Positions 1-9,490 are shown, counted from the first letter of the stretch. The stretch is DNA of 64,000 nucleotides from Candidatus Moraniibacteriota bacterium (GCA_049297495.1 JBAQUL010000035.1:21203-85202), one strand, 5' to 3'. Notes: a model not told the origin generated them from the letters alone. A program made the numbers and translations.

Positions 1-3000
1 ACCAATCGTCAGGAGTGGGCGCGCCAACAGCAGATCTTGTTGCCTTACACTCACCGCTATCCACACCACCATTAAGACTCTTACACCTCCAACTAGTCGT
101 ATTGCCCGTTCCGGGAAAAGTCGGATTTGCCGGATCAGTTGAACCGGCTTCACAGAAGGTGTAGTTTCCCCAATTAGTTTCCGTGGATAAATACGTCCTC
201 GCGGCAGAACCACATTTTCCGTCAGTTTTAGCAGTAGGTGAAACACATTTGCAGTCTTTACAAGTTTTGTTTGTGGGACATGGAACATAACTAATTTGTC
301 CTGAAGACGGATCATAATCGCATTCTTCTTGGTTTTCAACGATATTATTTCCACAAGTCGATGGAGCTTCTACTTTAAATGAGACGGAGAAAGGTGTGCC
401 AGAAAGACTATCAGAGCTATTCTTGGGATAGAAGGTGCAGATTTCTGTGCCAGCTTGATTGGCAATAAATTTCAATTCATAGCCTTTATCGGTGCATTGT
501 CCGGCAATTTTACATTCGGCATCAGATATAAATGATCCGGCGCGACTGATAATAACTGGTCCGGAAAGGCAGGCTGCTTCCATACCCGAAGCATTGGTTG
601 AAGTCCATTTTAGATAAGCTGAGCCCGGAGCAGTTGCCGGATTAGGACTAGCCGTAGCGATTCCAGTAGCACAGTTTTCTGTTTTAGTTCCTGGAATATA
701 TTTTGTGCCATCCCAACAGGAGTTTCCGGTGCAGGTATTAGTATCGCAATCTGGAGTGCCAGCAATGTTGACCACCACTCTTGTCGTTGGGTCTTTGGCG
801 CAAACAGTATCGGCTACATGGACTTTTGGATTATACGTTCCGGCAGTGGCGTAGGTACAATTAAAGATACATTCTTCATTGGCATAAGGATAAGAGATTG
901 TTCCACCATTACAGTCTTGATTGCTACATTCAATTGGTCCATGAGAAGTGCTAACCGAAGCATTAATCCGTGTAGTAAGTGACGCACTGCCAGTGGCTGG
1001 AGTAGCATAGAGGTTGGCAGTGAGATCACAATTAGTTCCTGGAATATAGTATTCACATTTTCTTGGAGTAGTGCAACTTGAGGCTGCTGTTCCGACATAA
1101 TACCAATGCGTATCAGCCGGCACGTTAGTTTCATCTTCCGGACACGTCGTTGAACCTGTTCTTGGCGGCATAGGTTGGGCTGGAGAAGCGGGTGGAATTG
1201 GTTCAAGACATGGCGAAGAAGGGGCACTCACTGTGACTGTAGCACTAGCATTATTCACACAACTCGTGCTCTGAGCAGTGACCCGAATGGATGGAGCATA
1301 TGTTCCGGCGGATGGATAGACACAAGTAAAAGTTCTTCCATTAACATTAGTTGGAGCCGGTCCGCCAGTGCCGCAACTGTGGTTGCTGTAAATGTAATTC
1401 TCTCCTCCGGCAACTTGTTGAGTGCTTGCGGTTAAATTCACAGTAAGTGGCGATTGACCAGAAGTTGGAGCTGCACTGAGAGTTGCTGCCCAGGTGGTGC
1501 AGGTTGTCGATGCGTAGTATTCGCATTTTCTAGCTGTCGTACAACTCGCTGCAGCTGTTCCGACTGATTGCCAGCCAATATTCGCTGTTAAGCCCGTATT
1601 ATCATCGAAGCACATTACTGAGCCAGAAGGGAGAGTGCCGGTACAGGAATATGCTGTTGTTCCTGGAATATAGTATTCACATTTTCTTGGAGTAGTACAA
1701 CCAGTAGATGCAGTTCCGACTGATTGCCAAGACAGGTTAGATGTTAGTCCGGTATTATCGTCTGCACATGCTGTTGCTCCTGATGGGAGAGTGCCAGTAC
1801 AACTAAAAGAAGAACCATTTACAGTAACTTCCGCACTAGCATTATTGGCGCAACTCGTACTCTGAGCAGTGACCCGAATGGAAGGAGCATATGTTCCCGC
1901 GGATGGATAGACACAAGTGAAAGTTCTTCCATCAACATTAGTTGGAGCTGGTCCGCCAGTGCCACAGCTATGGTTGCTATAAATATAGTTCTCTCCTCCG
2001 GCAACTTGTTGAGTGCTTGCGGTTAAATTCACAGTAAGTGGCGATTGACCGGAAGTTGGAGCTGCACTGAGAGTTGCAGACCAGGTAGTGCAAGTTGTTG
2101 ATGCGTAGTATTCGCATTTTCCACCTGTCGTGGTGCAGGCTGCGAGGGTACCCTTATCTGTCCATGGAGTAGCAGAACTTAGTCCTGTTGTTTGAGTTCC
2201 GGGGCAGGCCGTTTTTCCAGTGGGAAGAGAGCCGGTACAATTGAAGGTTCCGGAATTTGAGCTAGTGACTGTCAGATTAGCAGTGCAAGTGGCGACTGTA
2301 TTTCCAGCTGAATTATAGCCCGTATAAATAAATGATCCGGCTCCCACGAAAGAGTCATTCGTAAAGGAATAATCGATACCTCCGTTGTGAACTATGTCTG
2401 TGTAAGTATGTGAACCGAATATACCTGTCGACGTCGCATTCACCTTATCCACATTAGTTGCATTCATAGACAGATGAGAAACGGTTCCATCGGCTTTTAT
2501 TGAGTCAGGATCGAATGAGCAAGTAATTAATGGGTCGGTTGATCCGCTATTGACTGTTAAATTAGCCTTACAAGTTTTCAGTAACACGCCGGAAGAGCTA
2601 TAGCCAGAAAAAACACACTCCGCCACGCCACTTTGAGTGAAAGGAATATCGCCATAACCGGCAGGAACAGTATCAACTTGATTTACTCCTTGTACTAAAC
2701 CAGAGCATGTTGTTTTCAAACTTGTAATTCCGCCACTAGAATTCCAAGATAGACGAGAAGAGCTTGGCGCAGTTATCGCTTCTGGATCAAAAGAGCAAGT
2801 CAGCACTGGTGTTTCCGCGTTCTTAGTTGCTTCACACCTCGCTAATCCAGTTATTTTTGGCCGAGAATCGCAAGTGTCACCACTGCAACTCCAAGTATAC
2901 TTCGTACTTTGATTGGAAAATTCACTCACCTTATTGTCTGCGCAAAGATTTGGCGATGTATTCGTCAAACTGGAAACCGTTGTTCCATTGACACTACCGC

Positions 3001-3865
3001 ATTTTCCTTCGGCGTAAGCTACGCAATCATAACCCGATCCTCCTCCCTCGCAAGTCCAAAGATATTCACCACACCACGTTGAAGATCCGGTAGCACTATC
3101 TTCATAGAAAAACTTAACGGCCTTACCTGCCGGACAAAGACCGGAAGATTGCCTATTCAATGTCGTCCCATAAGGAATAATTTTTTTATCCTGCGAGCCA
3201 CATGCTCCCGTTGGAAAAGTACTCACCAGCGAGTTACTTTCACAGGTCGGCGTCTGCTCTGATAATGGCCTACTGTCAATATTTAGATACAATCTGCAAC
3301 GTTCCGTTCCAGATCCTTGTGGAGTCCAATCAAGACTGCCAACCGGAGTTGCATGCAATGCATCATAAATACCAGTAGACCCAGACAAATCACAACTCAT
3401 GACAGCACTAGAAAAGTTTCCATCAACAGTCCAAGAGAAGACACTACTTCCTCCCACAACAACCGAAGGTGGGTCAAATTTCAAAGTACAAGTTGCAACA
3501 GGTTTGACCTCAAGAGGATTGCTCTCGCAAGCATGAGCAGAAATATCCCCATCAAAAAACAGGTCACATACTCCACTTCCGTATGTCGTACTGGATGTTG
3601 CCCACTCAACGCTGCCGATTGATTGCGCCTTTAAAGTATCTGTAACATCGATAAAATCAGTATTATTATTCGACCACCCTCCGCATCTAATCTTGGCACT
3701 AGTAAAACTTCCGCTGACATCCCAAGAGAGATTACTTTTCTCCCCCGCTTTGATCGGCGTCGGATTAAAAGTTAAGTCACATGTTGCGCCGATTGCCGAT
3801 CCGGCACTAAAAAAAGATAATGAAATTAAAAAACACAGAATGGGAAAGCTTTTTATTTTTATCAT
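1..3865 (-). CDS. Giant secreted cysteine-rich repeat surface protein with PKD-like domains; partial (C-terminus lies beyond window position 1)
   Basis: ATG at 3865 (reverse strand) followed by signal peptide MIKIKSFPILCFLISLSFFSAGSAIGA. My manual translation stays open to position 1 (about 1288 codons). The ORF track lists no complete ORF here, consistent with no stop inside the window. Repeated TTPRKCEYY(I/A) motifs and PKD-like units (SGQSPLTVNLTAS...RTFTCVYPSAGTYAPSIRVTAQ). Very Cys/Thr/Ser/Gly rich. Confidence 0.7.
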   Translation of the reverse strand, partial: MIKIKSFPILCFLISLSFFSAGSAIGATCDLTFNPTPIKAGEKSNLSWDVSGSFTSAKIRCGGWSNNNTDFIDVTDTLKAQSIGSVEWATSSTTYGSGVCDLFFDGDISAHACESNPLEVKPVATCTLKFDPPSVVVGGSSVFSWTVDGNFSSAVMSCDLSGSTGIYDALHATPVGSLDWTPQGSGTERCRLYLNIDSRPLSEQTPTCESNSLVSTFPTGACGSQDKKIIPYGTTLNRQSSGLCPAGKAVKFFYEDSATGSSTWCGEYLWTCEGGGSGYDCVAYAEGKCGSVNGTTVSSLTNTSPNLCADNKVSEFSNQSTKYTWSCSGDTCDSRPKITGLARCEATKNAETPVLTCSFDPEAITAPSSSRLSWNSSGGITSLKTTCSGLVQGVNQVDTVPAGYGDIPFTQSGVAECVFSGYSSSGVLLKTCKANLTVNSGSTDPLITCSFDPDSIKADGTVSHLSMNATNVDKVNATSTGIFGSHTYTDIVHNGGIDYSFTNDSFVGAGSFIYTGYNSAGNTVATCTANLTVTSSNSGTFNCTGSLPTGKTACPGTQTTGLSSATPWTDKGTLAACTTTGGKCEYYASTTCTTWSATLSAAPTSGQSPLTVNLTASTQQVAGGENYIYSNHSCGTGGPAPTNVDGRTFTCVYPSAGTYAPSIRVTAQSTSCANNASAEVTVNGSSFSCTGTLPSGATACADDNTGLTSNLSWQSVGTASTGCTTPRKCEYYIPGTTAYSCTGTLPSGSVMCFDDNTGLTANIGWQSVGTAAASCTTARKCEYYASTTCTTWAATLSAAPTSGQSPLTVNLTASTQQVAGGENYIYSNHSCGTGGPAPTNVNGRTFTCVYPSAGTYAPSIRVTAQSTSCVNNASATVTVSAPSSPCLEPIPPASPAQPMPPRTGSTTCPEDETNVPADTHWYYVGTAASSCTTPRKCEYYIPGTNCDLTANLYATPATGSASLTTRINASVSTSHGPIECSNQDCNGGTISYPYANEECIFNCTYATAGTYNPKVHVADTVCAKDPTTRVVVNIAGTPDCDTNTCTGNSCWDGTKYIPGTKTENCATGIATASPNPATAPGSAYLKWTSTNASGMEAACLSGPVIISRAGSFISDAECKIAGQCTDKGYELKFIANQAGTEICTFYPKNSSDSLSGTPFSVSFKVEAPSTCGNNIVENQEECDYDPSSGQISYVPCPTNKTCKDCKCVSPTAKTDGKCGSAARTYLSTETNWGNYTFCEAGSTDPANPTFPGTGNTTSWRCKSLNGGVDSGECKATRSAVGAPTPDDW
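1241..2126. repeat. Intragenic tandem duplication: two ~295-bp >90% identical copies (1241-1535 and 1831-2126, period ~590 bp) encoding a duplicated PKD-like domain; a further 37-bp repeat ttcctggaatatagtattcacattttcttggagtagt lies at 1036-1072 and 1660-1696
   Basis: Direct visual alignment of the two DNA stretches. The encoded peptide ...TTWSATLSAAPTSGQSPLTVNLTASTQQVAGGENYIYSNHSCGTGGPAPTNV(D/N)GRTFTCVYPSAGTYAPSIRVTAQSTSC... occurs twice. Confidence 0.8.
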
Positions 3866-3921
3866 TTTTCTATTTATAATAAAATTATTTTGACTAAACA
3901 TTGTTATCCAGGCCAACAATC

Positions 3922-4374
3922 CTATTCGTTAAATTCCCCGCCTTCAACTGAAATAGAAATTATATCAACTCGCTTGGTCAGATTGTCATATTCAACCTTT
4001 GCAAAATCACCAACTCGCAAATCAGATAGCTTTTTTCTTTCTATTAATCCCCCTTTTCCCATGAAAAATACCGAGGTTGCTTCAGTCGTCTTGAGAGAAA
4101 CTGTCGGACTAGTACCATCTTTTATCAATTTTTTGAGCGGGCTACTATCATTCGTAATCACCAAACTATCACCCTCAATTGTGTTTATCACTCCGATCAC
4201 CTCCAGCTTAAGTGACTCAGAAACATCCCTATTCTTCGCCAGATTTTCTTTTAGAAATGCCCCCGTCAAAGCTCCCTGCATGTTTTCATGGCTTCGTTTT
4301 TTCATAAAAAGCGCAACCACTACAAAAACAGCTATGATTAATAATAGCACTAGCGCTAATTTCTTTTTATCCAT
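3922..4374 (-). CDS. Small membrane-anchored protein (N-terminal TM helix plus ~120-aa domain); paralog of the 21810..22241 product
   Basis: N-terminal hydrophobic LALVLLLIIAVFVVVALF. C-terminal GDFAKVEYDNLTKRVDIISISVE resembles GDSVKVTYDKTTKNASMISITRA of the 21810..22241 protein. Lies immediately upstream of the giant surface-protein gene. Confidence 0.55.
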   Translation of the reverse strand: MDKKKLALVLLLIIAVFVVVALFMKKRSHENMQGALTGAFLKENLAKNRDVSESLKLEVIGVINTIEGDSLVITNDSSPLKKLIKDGTSPTVSLKTTEATSVFFMGKGGLIERKKLSDLRVGDFAKVEYDNLTKRVDIISISVEGGEFNE

Positions 4375-4514
4375 ACTTTTTATCTTTATTTTATATTTAT
4401 TGTCTTGTCTCTAAATTTTATCGCAAGAATATCTCACCCCAAAGAATAAAAATCAACAATCAAAAAACCTACATCTAACTGAATTATACTGCATTAACCC
4501 ACTTATAACAACTA

Positions 4515-5525
4515 TCATAAACCCGCTTTTTTCTTATTTGCAAGGTGCTCTTCATATGTCTTAGCATAAAAAGTTTTCTTATTTGCACCCGTACCAGCTG
4601 TCAAAAAGAAGGAGTAATTCGATTCCTCCGGACTCACTACCGCTAAAATTGCTTGCATTCCCGGATTAGCGATTGGTCCTGGCGTCAAACCCTTAGTATT
4701 ATAGGTATTATACGGGGAGATTATTCTGGTCTGCTCATAAGTATGGCTATCAATAGTATCATCCAAGAAATATGAAAGTGTTGCATCGCTTTGCAAGGGC
4801 ATATCGATCGCCAATCTATTTTCAAAAATACCGGCTACAATTTTCATGTCCGCTGCCGTCGGCACTTCTTTTTCCACGATACTGGCTAAAATAATAACAT
4901 CCCGAAGTTCTTTTTTTTGATTTTTGATCTCCGCCAAGACAGAAGCATCTATCCTATTTTCAAAATTATCCAACATCTTTTTTATGATATTCTCCGCCGT
5001 TAACTCTTTTTTGAAAAAATACGTATCAGGGAACAGATAGCCTTCAAGACTAGTAACTTTTTTGTCAGCAAGAAATGTATAGCGAGTCCGGAAACTTTCC
5101 GGAATACTATTCACCAGTTGCATGAAACCCTCGCTATCAAAACTGTTTTTTTTGAGCAGCCCTGCCATATCGCGCGCAGTCAATCCTTCGGGAAAAGTAA
5201 TTTTCACAGCTTGCGCTTCCGGATTAGTGATTACATGGGCAACTTCAGGAATGCTTAAATTTCCACTTAGCATATATACTCCGGGCATAATTTTGTCTAG
5301 CAAGTGATTCGTATAGAAATAGTAATAAAAATATAGCTCACTGGAAATAATTTTCTTGTCGAGCAAATTAGCTGCAATCAATTTATTCCCATCGCCCTTT
5401 TTAACTTCAAAAATTACCACCTGATTTTGCGCCCCACGTGAATAATAAACCTGATTTCGAAAATAAAAAAAGCCACCAAAAAGGAGAATCAGAATGATTG
5501 CTAAAAAAAATATTATTTTACGCAT
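4515..5525 (-). CDS. mltG: Endolytic murein transglycosylase MltG (YceG family)
   Basis: N-terminal TM anchor and the YceG-like domain with LQSDATLSY and GLTPGPIANPG motifs. Confidence 0.85.
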   Translation of the reverse strand: MRKIIFFLAIILILLFGGFFYFRNQVYYSRGAQNQVVIFEVKKGDGNKLIAANLLDKKIISSELYFYYYFYTNHLLDKIMPGVYMLSGNLSIPEVAHVITNPEAQAVKITFPEGLTARDMAGLLKKNSFDSEGFMQLVNSIPESFRTRYTFLADKKVTSLEGYLFPDTYFFKKELTAENIIKKMLDNFENRIDASVLAEIKNQKKELRDVIILASIVEKEVPTAADMKIVAGIFENRLAIDMPLQSDATLSYFLDDTIDSHTYEQTRIISPYNTYNTKGLTPGPIANPGMQAILAVVSPEESNYSFFLTAGTGANKKTFYAKTYEEHLANKKKAGL

Positions 5526-5529
5526 TTAT

Positions 5530-6147
5530 TTAATTACTAATTAAAGGTACGAAAGAAAAGCCAGGGTATTCTTCTTTGGTAAATTCGTCCTCGCTTTTTT
5601 TCTCGAGATAGATTAAATTGTTCCGAACCGGGATAACCATCTTACCACCGATTTTTAGTTGTTTTTTTAGTTCTCCCGGAATCTCCTCCGCTGAAGCCGA
5701 CACTAATATTCGATCAAATGGTGCTTCGGAGGGCAAGCCGACGCTGCCATCCCCCAGAACCATCTTCACTCTCCCATCTTCGATGTATTTAAATTTATCC
5801 ACGTTATACTCTCCCATTTCGAGCAGTCCCTCTTTTCTTTCAACAGCAAAAACTTTGCCTTTTTCACCTACAATATACGCCAGAAGCGCTGTTGACCAAC
5901 CGGAGCCAGAGCCAACATCCAACACCCTATGACCCTCTTGGGGATCAAGAAGCTCAAACATTAACGCCACTGTTGATGGTTGTGAAATTGTCTGGCCATA
6001 GCCAATCGGCAGGGCCACATCAACGTCTGCCTGCATGACAAACTCCTCTGGTAAAAATTCCAGCCGACTTATTTCGGAAAAAGCATCCACGGTCCGGCTA
6101 ATTCTCAAGCATCCCTTCCTGACCAAATCATTTACCAATTTACTCAT
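5530..6147 (-). CDS. pcm: Protein-L-isoaspartate O-methyltransferase
   Basis: GQTISQPSTVA and VLDVGSGSGW SAM motif typical of PIMT. Confidence 0.85.
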   Translation of the reverse strand: MSKLVNDLVRKGCLRISRTVDAFSEISRLEFLPEEFVMQADVDVALPIGYGQTISQPSTVALMFELLDPQEGHRVLDVGSGSGWSTALLAYIVGEKGKVFAVERKEGLLEMGEYNVDKFKYIEDGRVKMVLGDGSVGLPSEAPFDRILVSASAEEIPGELKKQLKIGGKMVIPVRNNLIYLEKKSEDEFTKEEYPGFSFVPLISN

Positions 6148-6206
6148 ATGCGAAATTCCCCCTTTTGTAAATTTAACTGTTCGCTCTTAAGGGGATTACC
6201 CAACAT

Positions 6207-6647
6207 CTAAAGCCCCATTACTTGAATGATTATTTCCCTTGTCCTTGCACCATCCATTTCTGCCATAAAGATATTTTGCTTTGCAGTAATCATCATATGC
6301 CCTTTCTCAATTGGCAGTGTTTCACTAATTCCAAGAAGCATCACCTTGCAATGCGAATGTCCGTTGCTCCGACCATCGGATTTATTTTTCTTCGCTAGCT
6401 CGAAAAGATCATGGGAATAGCGATCCTCAACTGGTGCTATGCGGCATAGAACGCGCATGAAATCCTGAATCAACATAGATTCATTATGGTTCACAAAGAT
6501 TCCTGTCGAAGTATGTGGAGAATAGATAAGCACTGTTCCTTCCCTCACGCCGGACGAACTAATAATCTCTTCTACCTTGCTTGTAATATCTATTATTTCT
6601 ATGCTACTTGTGCTTTTTATTTCGATTTTTTTGCGATAAATTTTCAT
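6207..6647 (-). CDS. YjbQ/UPF0047 family protein (secondary thiamine-phosphate synthase-like)
   Basis: TSSIEIIDIT...GTVLIYSPHTSTGI...NGHSH pattern of the YjbQ family. Confidence 0.7.
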   Translation of the reverse strand: MKIYRKKIEIKSTSSIEIIDITSKVEEIISSSGVREGTVLIYSPHTSTGIFVNHNESMLIQDFMRVLCRIAPVEDRYSHDLFELAKKNKSDGRSNGHSHCKVMLLGISETLPIEKGHMMITAKQNIFMAEMDGARTREIIIQVMGL

Positions 6648-6654
6648 ATTATTT

Positions 6655-6797
6655 TCTCTATGAACTACGAATTAAGTTTTTCTCTACGAACTACGAATTT
6701 TTACGAATATACGAATGATTTTAGGAAAACTTTCTTAAACTCATTCCGACTTGCTATTATCGATTAGTATATTCGTACTGATTCGTAATTCGTAGAG
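6655..6797. repeat. Palindromic 'tacgaat' element: direct copies tctcta(c/t)gaactacgaatt plus inverted arms ctctacgaactacgaatttttacgaatatacgaat (6682-6716) and attcgtactgattcgtaattcgtagag (6771-6797); a second copy lies at 46929-46965
   Basis: Read directly. The right arm abuts the malic-enzyme stop codon and the left side lies in the yjbQ 5' region. Confidence 0.7.
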
Positions 6798-6798
6798 A

Positions 6799-7935
6799 TT
6801 ACCGAAAGACTGCCGCTACTTTCCTCGCTACATTCTTATCCAACGCTTTTGGTATTATTTTATCACTAGTTGGCTTTTTTATCAAACCGGCAATCGCATA
6901 TGCCACCTTAATTTTATGTTCTTCGGTAATTTTTTTGACATGATTGTCCAGCACTCCGCGAAAAATTCCCGGAAAAGCCAAGACGTTATTGATCTGATTA
7001 GCAAAATCTGAGCGACCAGTCGCCACAATCCGCGCCCCGCCTGCTTTGGCGCGATCCGGCATAATTTCCGGCACAGGGTTCGCCATAGCAAACACGATTG
7101 AATTCTTATTCATTTGAGCGATATCTTCTTCAGTAAGAATGTTCGGCGCCGAAACGCCAATAAACACATCCGCGCCAGTCAGCGCATCACGCACATTCCC
7201 TTTGACATTTTCCGGGTTAGTAATTTTGGCAATTTCCATTTTTGAGCCATTTAGTCCGCCAACTCTTTCTTTATAGATAATTCCCATCCGATCAAGCATA
7301 ATAATATTTTTTGCCCCGGCTTTAATGAGCAGCTTGGCAATCGCCACCCCCGCCGCTCCGGTGCCGGAAATGACAATCTTTATTTTCGCCAAATCTTTTT
7401 TGACGACTTTCAGCGCGTTAATGAGACCGGCCAAAACCACAATCGCTGTGCCGTGCTGGTCGTCATGAAAAACCGGGATGTCCAATTCTTTTTTCAGCGC
7501 TTCCTCCACGTCAAAACAACGCGGAGCACAAATGTCTTCTAGGTTTATTCCACCAAACGTCGGTGCCAACGCTTTCACTATTTTAATTATCTCCTGGGTA
7601 TCTTGCGTATCAAGCACAATCGGAATCGCATCCACGCCAGCAAGCTCTTTAAATAGCAGGGCCTTGCCTTCCATCACAGGCAGCGCCGCTTCCGGACCGA
7701 TATTGCCCAATCCCAAAACCGCCGAACCATCAGAAATAACCGCCACTGTATTTTTGCGCATCGTATAGCTAAAAGATAATTTTTTATCTTTAGCAATCGC
7801 TTTCGAAACTTCCGCCACCCCCGGAGTATACAAAACCGCCAGATTCTTCTCTGTCAATTTTTCTTTACTCCTGATTTCGATCTTTCCACCGATTTTCTTG
7901 GAAAGCTTAATTGAAGGATATTCTTGGTTTTTCAT
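6799..7935 (-). CDS. NAD(P)-dependent malic enzyme (short MaeB-type)
   Basis: YTPGVAEVS, DGSAVLGLGNIG, GINLEDI, FHDDQHGTAIV and GTGAAG Rossmann motifs. Confidence 0.85.
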   Translation of the reverse strand: MKNQEYPSIKLSKKIGGKIEIRSKEKLTEKNLAVLYTPGVAEVSKAIAKDKKLSFSYTMRKNTVAVISDGSAVLGLGNIGPEAALPVMEGKALLFKELAGVDAIPIVLDTQDTQEIIKIVKALAPTFGGINLEDICAPRCFDVEEALKKELDIPVFHDDQHGTAIVVLAGLINALKVVKKDLAKIKIVISGTGAAGVAIAKLLIKAGAKNIIMLDRMGIIYKERVGGLNGSKMEIAKITNPENVKGNVRDALTGADVFIGVSAPNILTEEDIAQMNKNSIVFAMANPVPEIMPDRAKAGGARIVATGRSDFANQINNVLAFPGIFRGVLDNHVKKITEEHKIKVAYAIAGLIKKPTSDKIIPKALDKNVARKVAAVFR

Positions 7936-8037
7936 ATATTTAGATATGCAATTAGAAATCGTAGAATTGTTTGCTATTTTAAAACAGAAGGTTGATAGGT
8001 ATTACACATCAAAAGTAAAGTGTGACCAATATCTTTT

Positions 8038-8301
8038 TTACTGACCCATCATATACCTCCAGCTACCAGGCGAATACAAACCAAAGAAAACAACGATCAA
8101 AAACACAAAAAGAACGACAGTAAATACTAGTATACTGGCAATTTTAACCCCAGATACAATTTGGTTGCCCGCGCTAGGTTTCACGACGTTGATAATCCTA
8201 TTCTCGCCAGTATTTTTAAAATTTTTCCAAAACCAAAATAGCATTGAAAAAAGTATCCCAAGAAAAAAAATCAAAAGCAATGCAAAGAAAGTTATTACCA
8301 T
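8038..8301 (-). CDS. Small hydrophobic membrane protein (2 TM), hypothetical
   Basis: ORF directly downstream of trxB on the same strand with two hydrophobic segments. No family recognised. Confidence 0.35.
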   Translation of the reverse strand: MVITFFALLLIFFLGILFSMLFWFWKNFKNTGENRIINVVKPSAGNQIVSGVKIASILVFTVVLFVFLIVVFFGLYSPGSWRYMMGQ

Positions 8302-8316
8302 TTTTTATTTTAACTA

Positions 8317-9240
8317 TTATTTCAACTTGAGCAATTTATACGCCCCATTCGCCGCCACTGCGCCTTCAGCTGAAGCAGTGATGATTTGGCGGAATTTGTT
8401 TGATCCGGTCGTAATATCCCCGGCTGCAAAAATGCCAGAAACATTAGTACTCATATCGGCATTGACTTTAATATAACCCTGCTCATCAATTTCCACGCCC
8501 AATGTCCTTGCCAACTCCACACCCGGATCTGATCCAATCTCCACAAACACGCCGTCAGTTTCCAAATAGGTCTTGTCATTGTGGGCTTTGTCCAGAATCA
8601 CCTTTTCTACTTTTTGCTCGCCTTTAATTTCAATAATATTAGTATTTTTAATCGCTTCAATTTTGGGATTATTCGCCAGTTTTTCCAGCCAGATCGGTTC
8701 GGCCGGAAAACGGTCTCCGCGATAAATCAGATAGACCTTGGAAGCAAAATCAGTTAGCCCGAGTGCTGCCGTCACCGCTGAATTTCCTCCGCCAATTACC
8801 GAAACGACTTTATCGCGAAAAAACATCGCGTCGCAAGTGGCGCAATAGGAAACACCTTTGCCGGTCAATTCTTTTTCGCCGGGGATGTTCATCTTGCGAT
8901 ATTCAGTCCCCATCGCCATAATCACCGCGCGCGTCTTGTGCGTATCTTTTCCTGTCACCACCTCAAAAAAACCGTCGTCGTTTTTCTTCACAGAAACCAC
9001 CGATTCATTTTGAGGAGCCACGCCTAAGACTTTACAATGCTCCACAAAACGCGAAAGTAGGTCAAAACCAGTAACAGAAATATCACCCGGCCAATTTTCG
9101 AGATTACGTATTTCACTCACCTGTCCGCCAATTGTCGCACCAAGTAGCAAATGATTTAGCTTATACCGCGAAGCATAAATCGAAGCCGCAAGACCAGCTG
9201 GTCCCGCGCCAATAATAATTAAGTCGTATGTTTCTTGCAT
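8317..9240 (-). CDS. trxB: Thioredoxin-disulfide reductase
   Basis: DLIIIGAGPAG FAD motif, CATCDA redox-active disulfide and GGGNSA NADPH motif. Start moved to the internal Met (MQETYDL) at 9240; the 35-aa extension in the track ORF runs through GC-rich hairpins. Confidence 0.85.
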   Translation of the reverse strand: MQETYDLIIIGAGPAGLAASIYASRYKLNHLLLGATIGGQVSEIRNLENWPGDISVTGFDLLSRFVEHCKVLGVAPQNESVVSVKKNDDGFFEVVTGKDTHKTRAVIMAMGTEYRKMNIPGEKELTGKGVSYCATCDAMFFRDKVVSVIGGGNSAVTAALGLTDFASKVYLIYRGDRFPAEPIWLEKLANNPKIEAIKNTNIIEIKGEQKVEKVILDKAHNDKTYLETDGVFVEIGSDPGVELARTLGVEIDEQGYIKVNADMSTNVSGIFAAGDITTGSNKFRQIITASAEGAVAANGAYKLLKLK

Positions 9241-9272
9241 AATAATATTTTGAGAAATTCTATTTATATCCC

Positions 9273-9434
9273 CTTCTCCATTAGGGAGAAGCCTGCCTGC
9301 CGGTAGGCAGGGTGGCTGAAAGCCGGATGAGGGATTAATATTCACATAGAGAGTGTTAAAATTTAATCAAAACTATTATTGACCAATAACACTCCCTCAC
9401 CTGTCCTCCGGACATCCTCTCCCGGAGGGAGAGG
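9273..9434. repeat. Cluster of GC-rich hairpins in the trxA-trxB spacer: cttctccattagggagaag (9273-9291), cctgcc-ggta-ggcagg (9296-9311), cctctcccggagggagagg (9416-9434); a related hairpin cctctccttgataaggagagg lies at 32558-32578
   Basis: Perfect short palindromes read from the sequence, standing out in AT-rich surroundings. Confidence 0.6.
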
Positions 9435-9490
9435 AGGAATTTAACTGAACTTATAAATTATTAAAGCCCATAGCTACTTAAATAGGATTG

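Noticed and set aside
1-3865. Possibility of an alternative genetic code (UGA = Gly, as in some CPR lineages) explaining the missing long ORF
   Set aside because: The frame starting at 3865 reads open to the edge under the standard code. All other genes in the window have normal lengths and stops with the standard code.
814-3893. Short ORFs in the track inside 1..3865 (814..1227-, 1175..1435+, 1819..2004-, 3317..3622+, 3693..3893+)
   Set aside because: They are shadow frames of the giant minus-strand gene. That gene was simply not reported by the track because it has no stop codon inside the window.
9241-9345. 35-aa N-terminal extension of trxB in the track ORF
   Set aside because: It reads through the GC-rich intergenic hairpins. 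The conserved TrxB N-terminus begins at the internal Met (9240).
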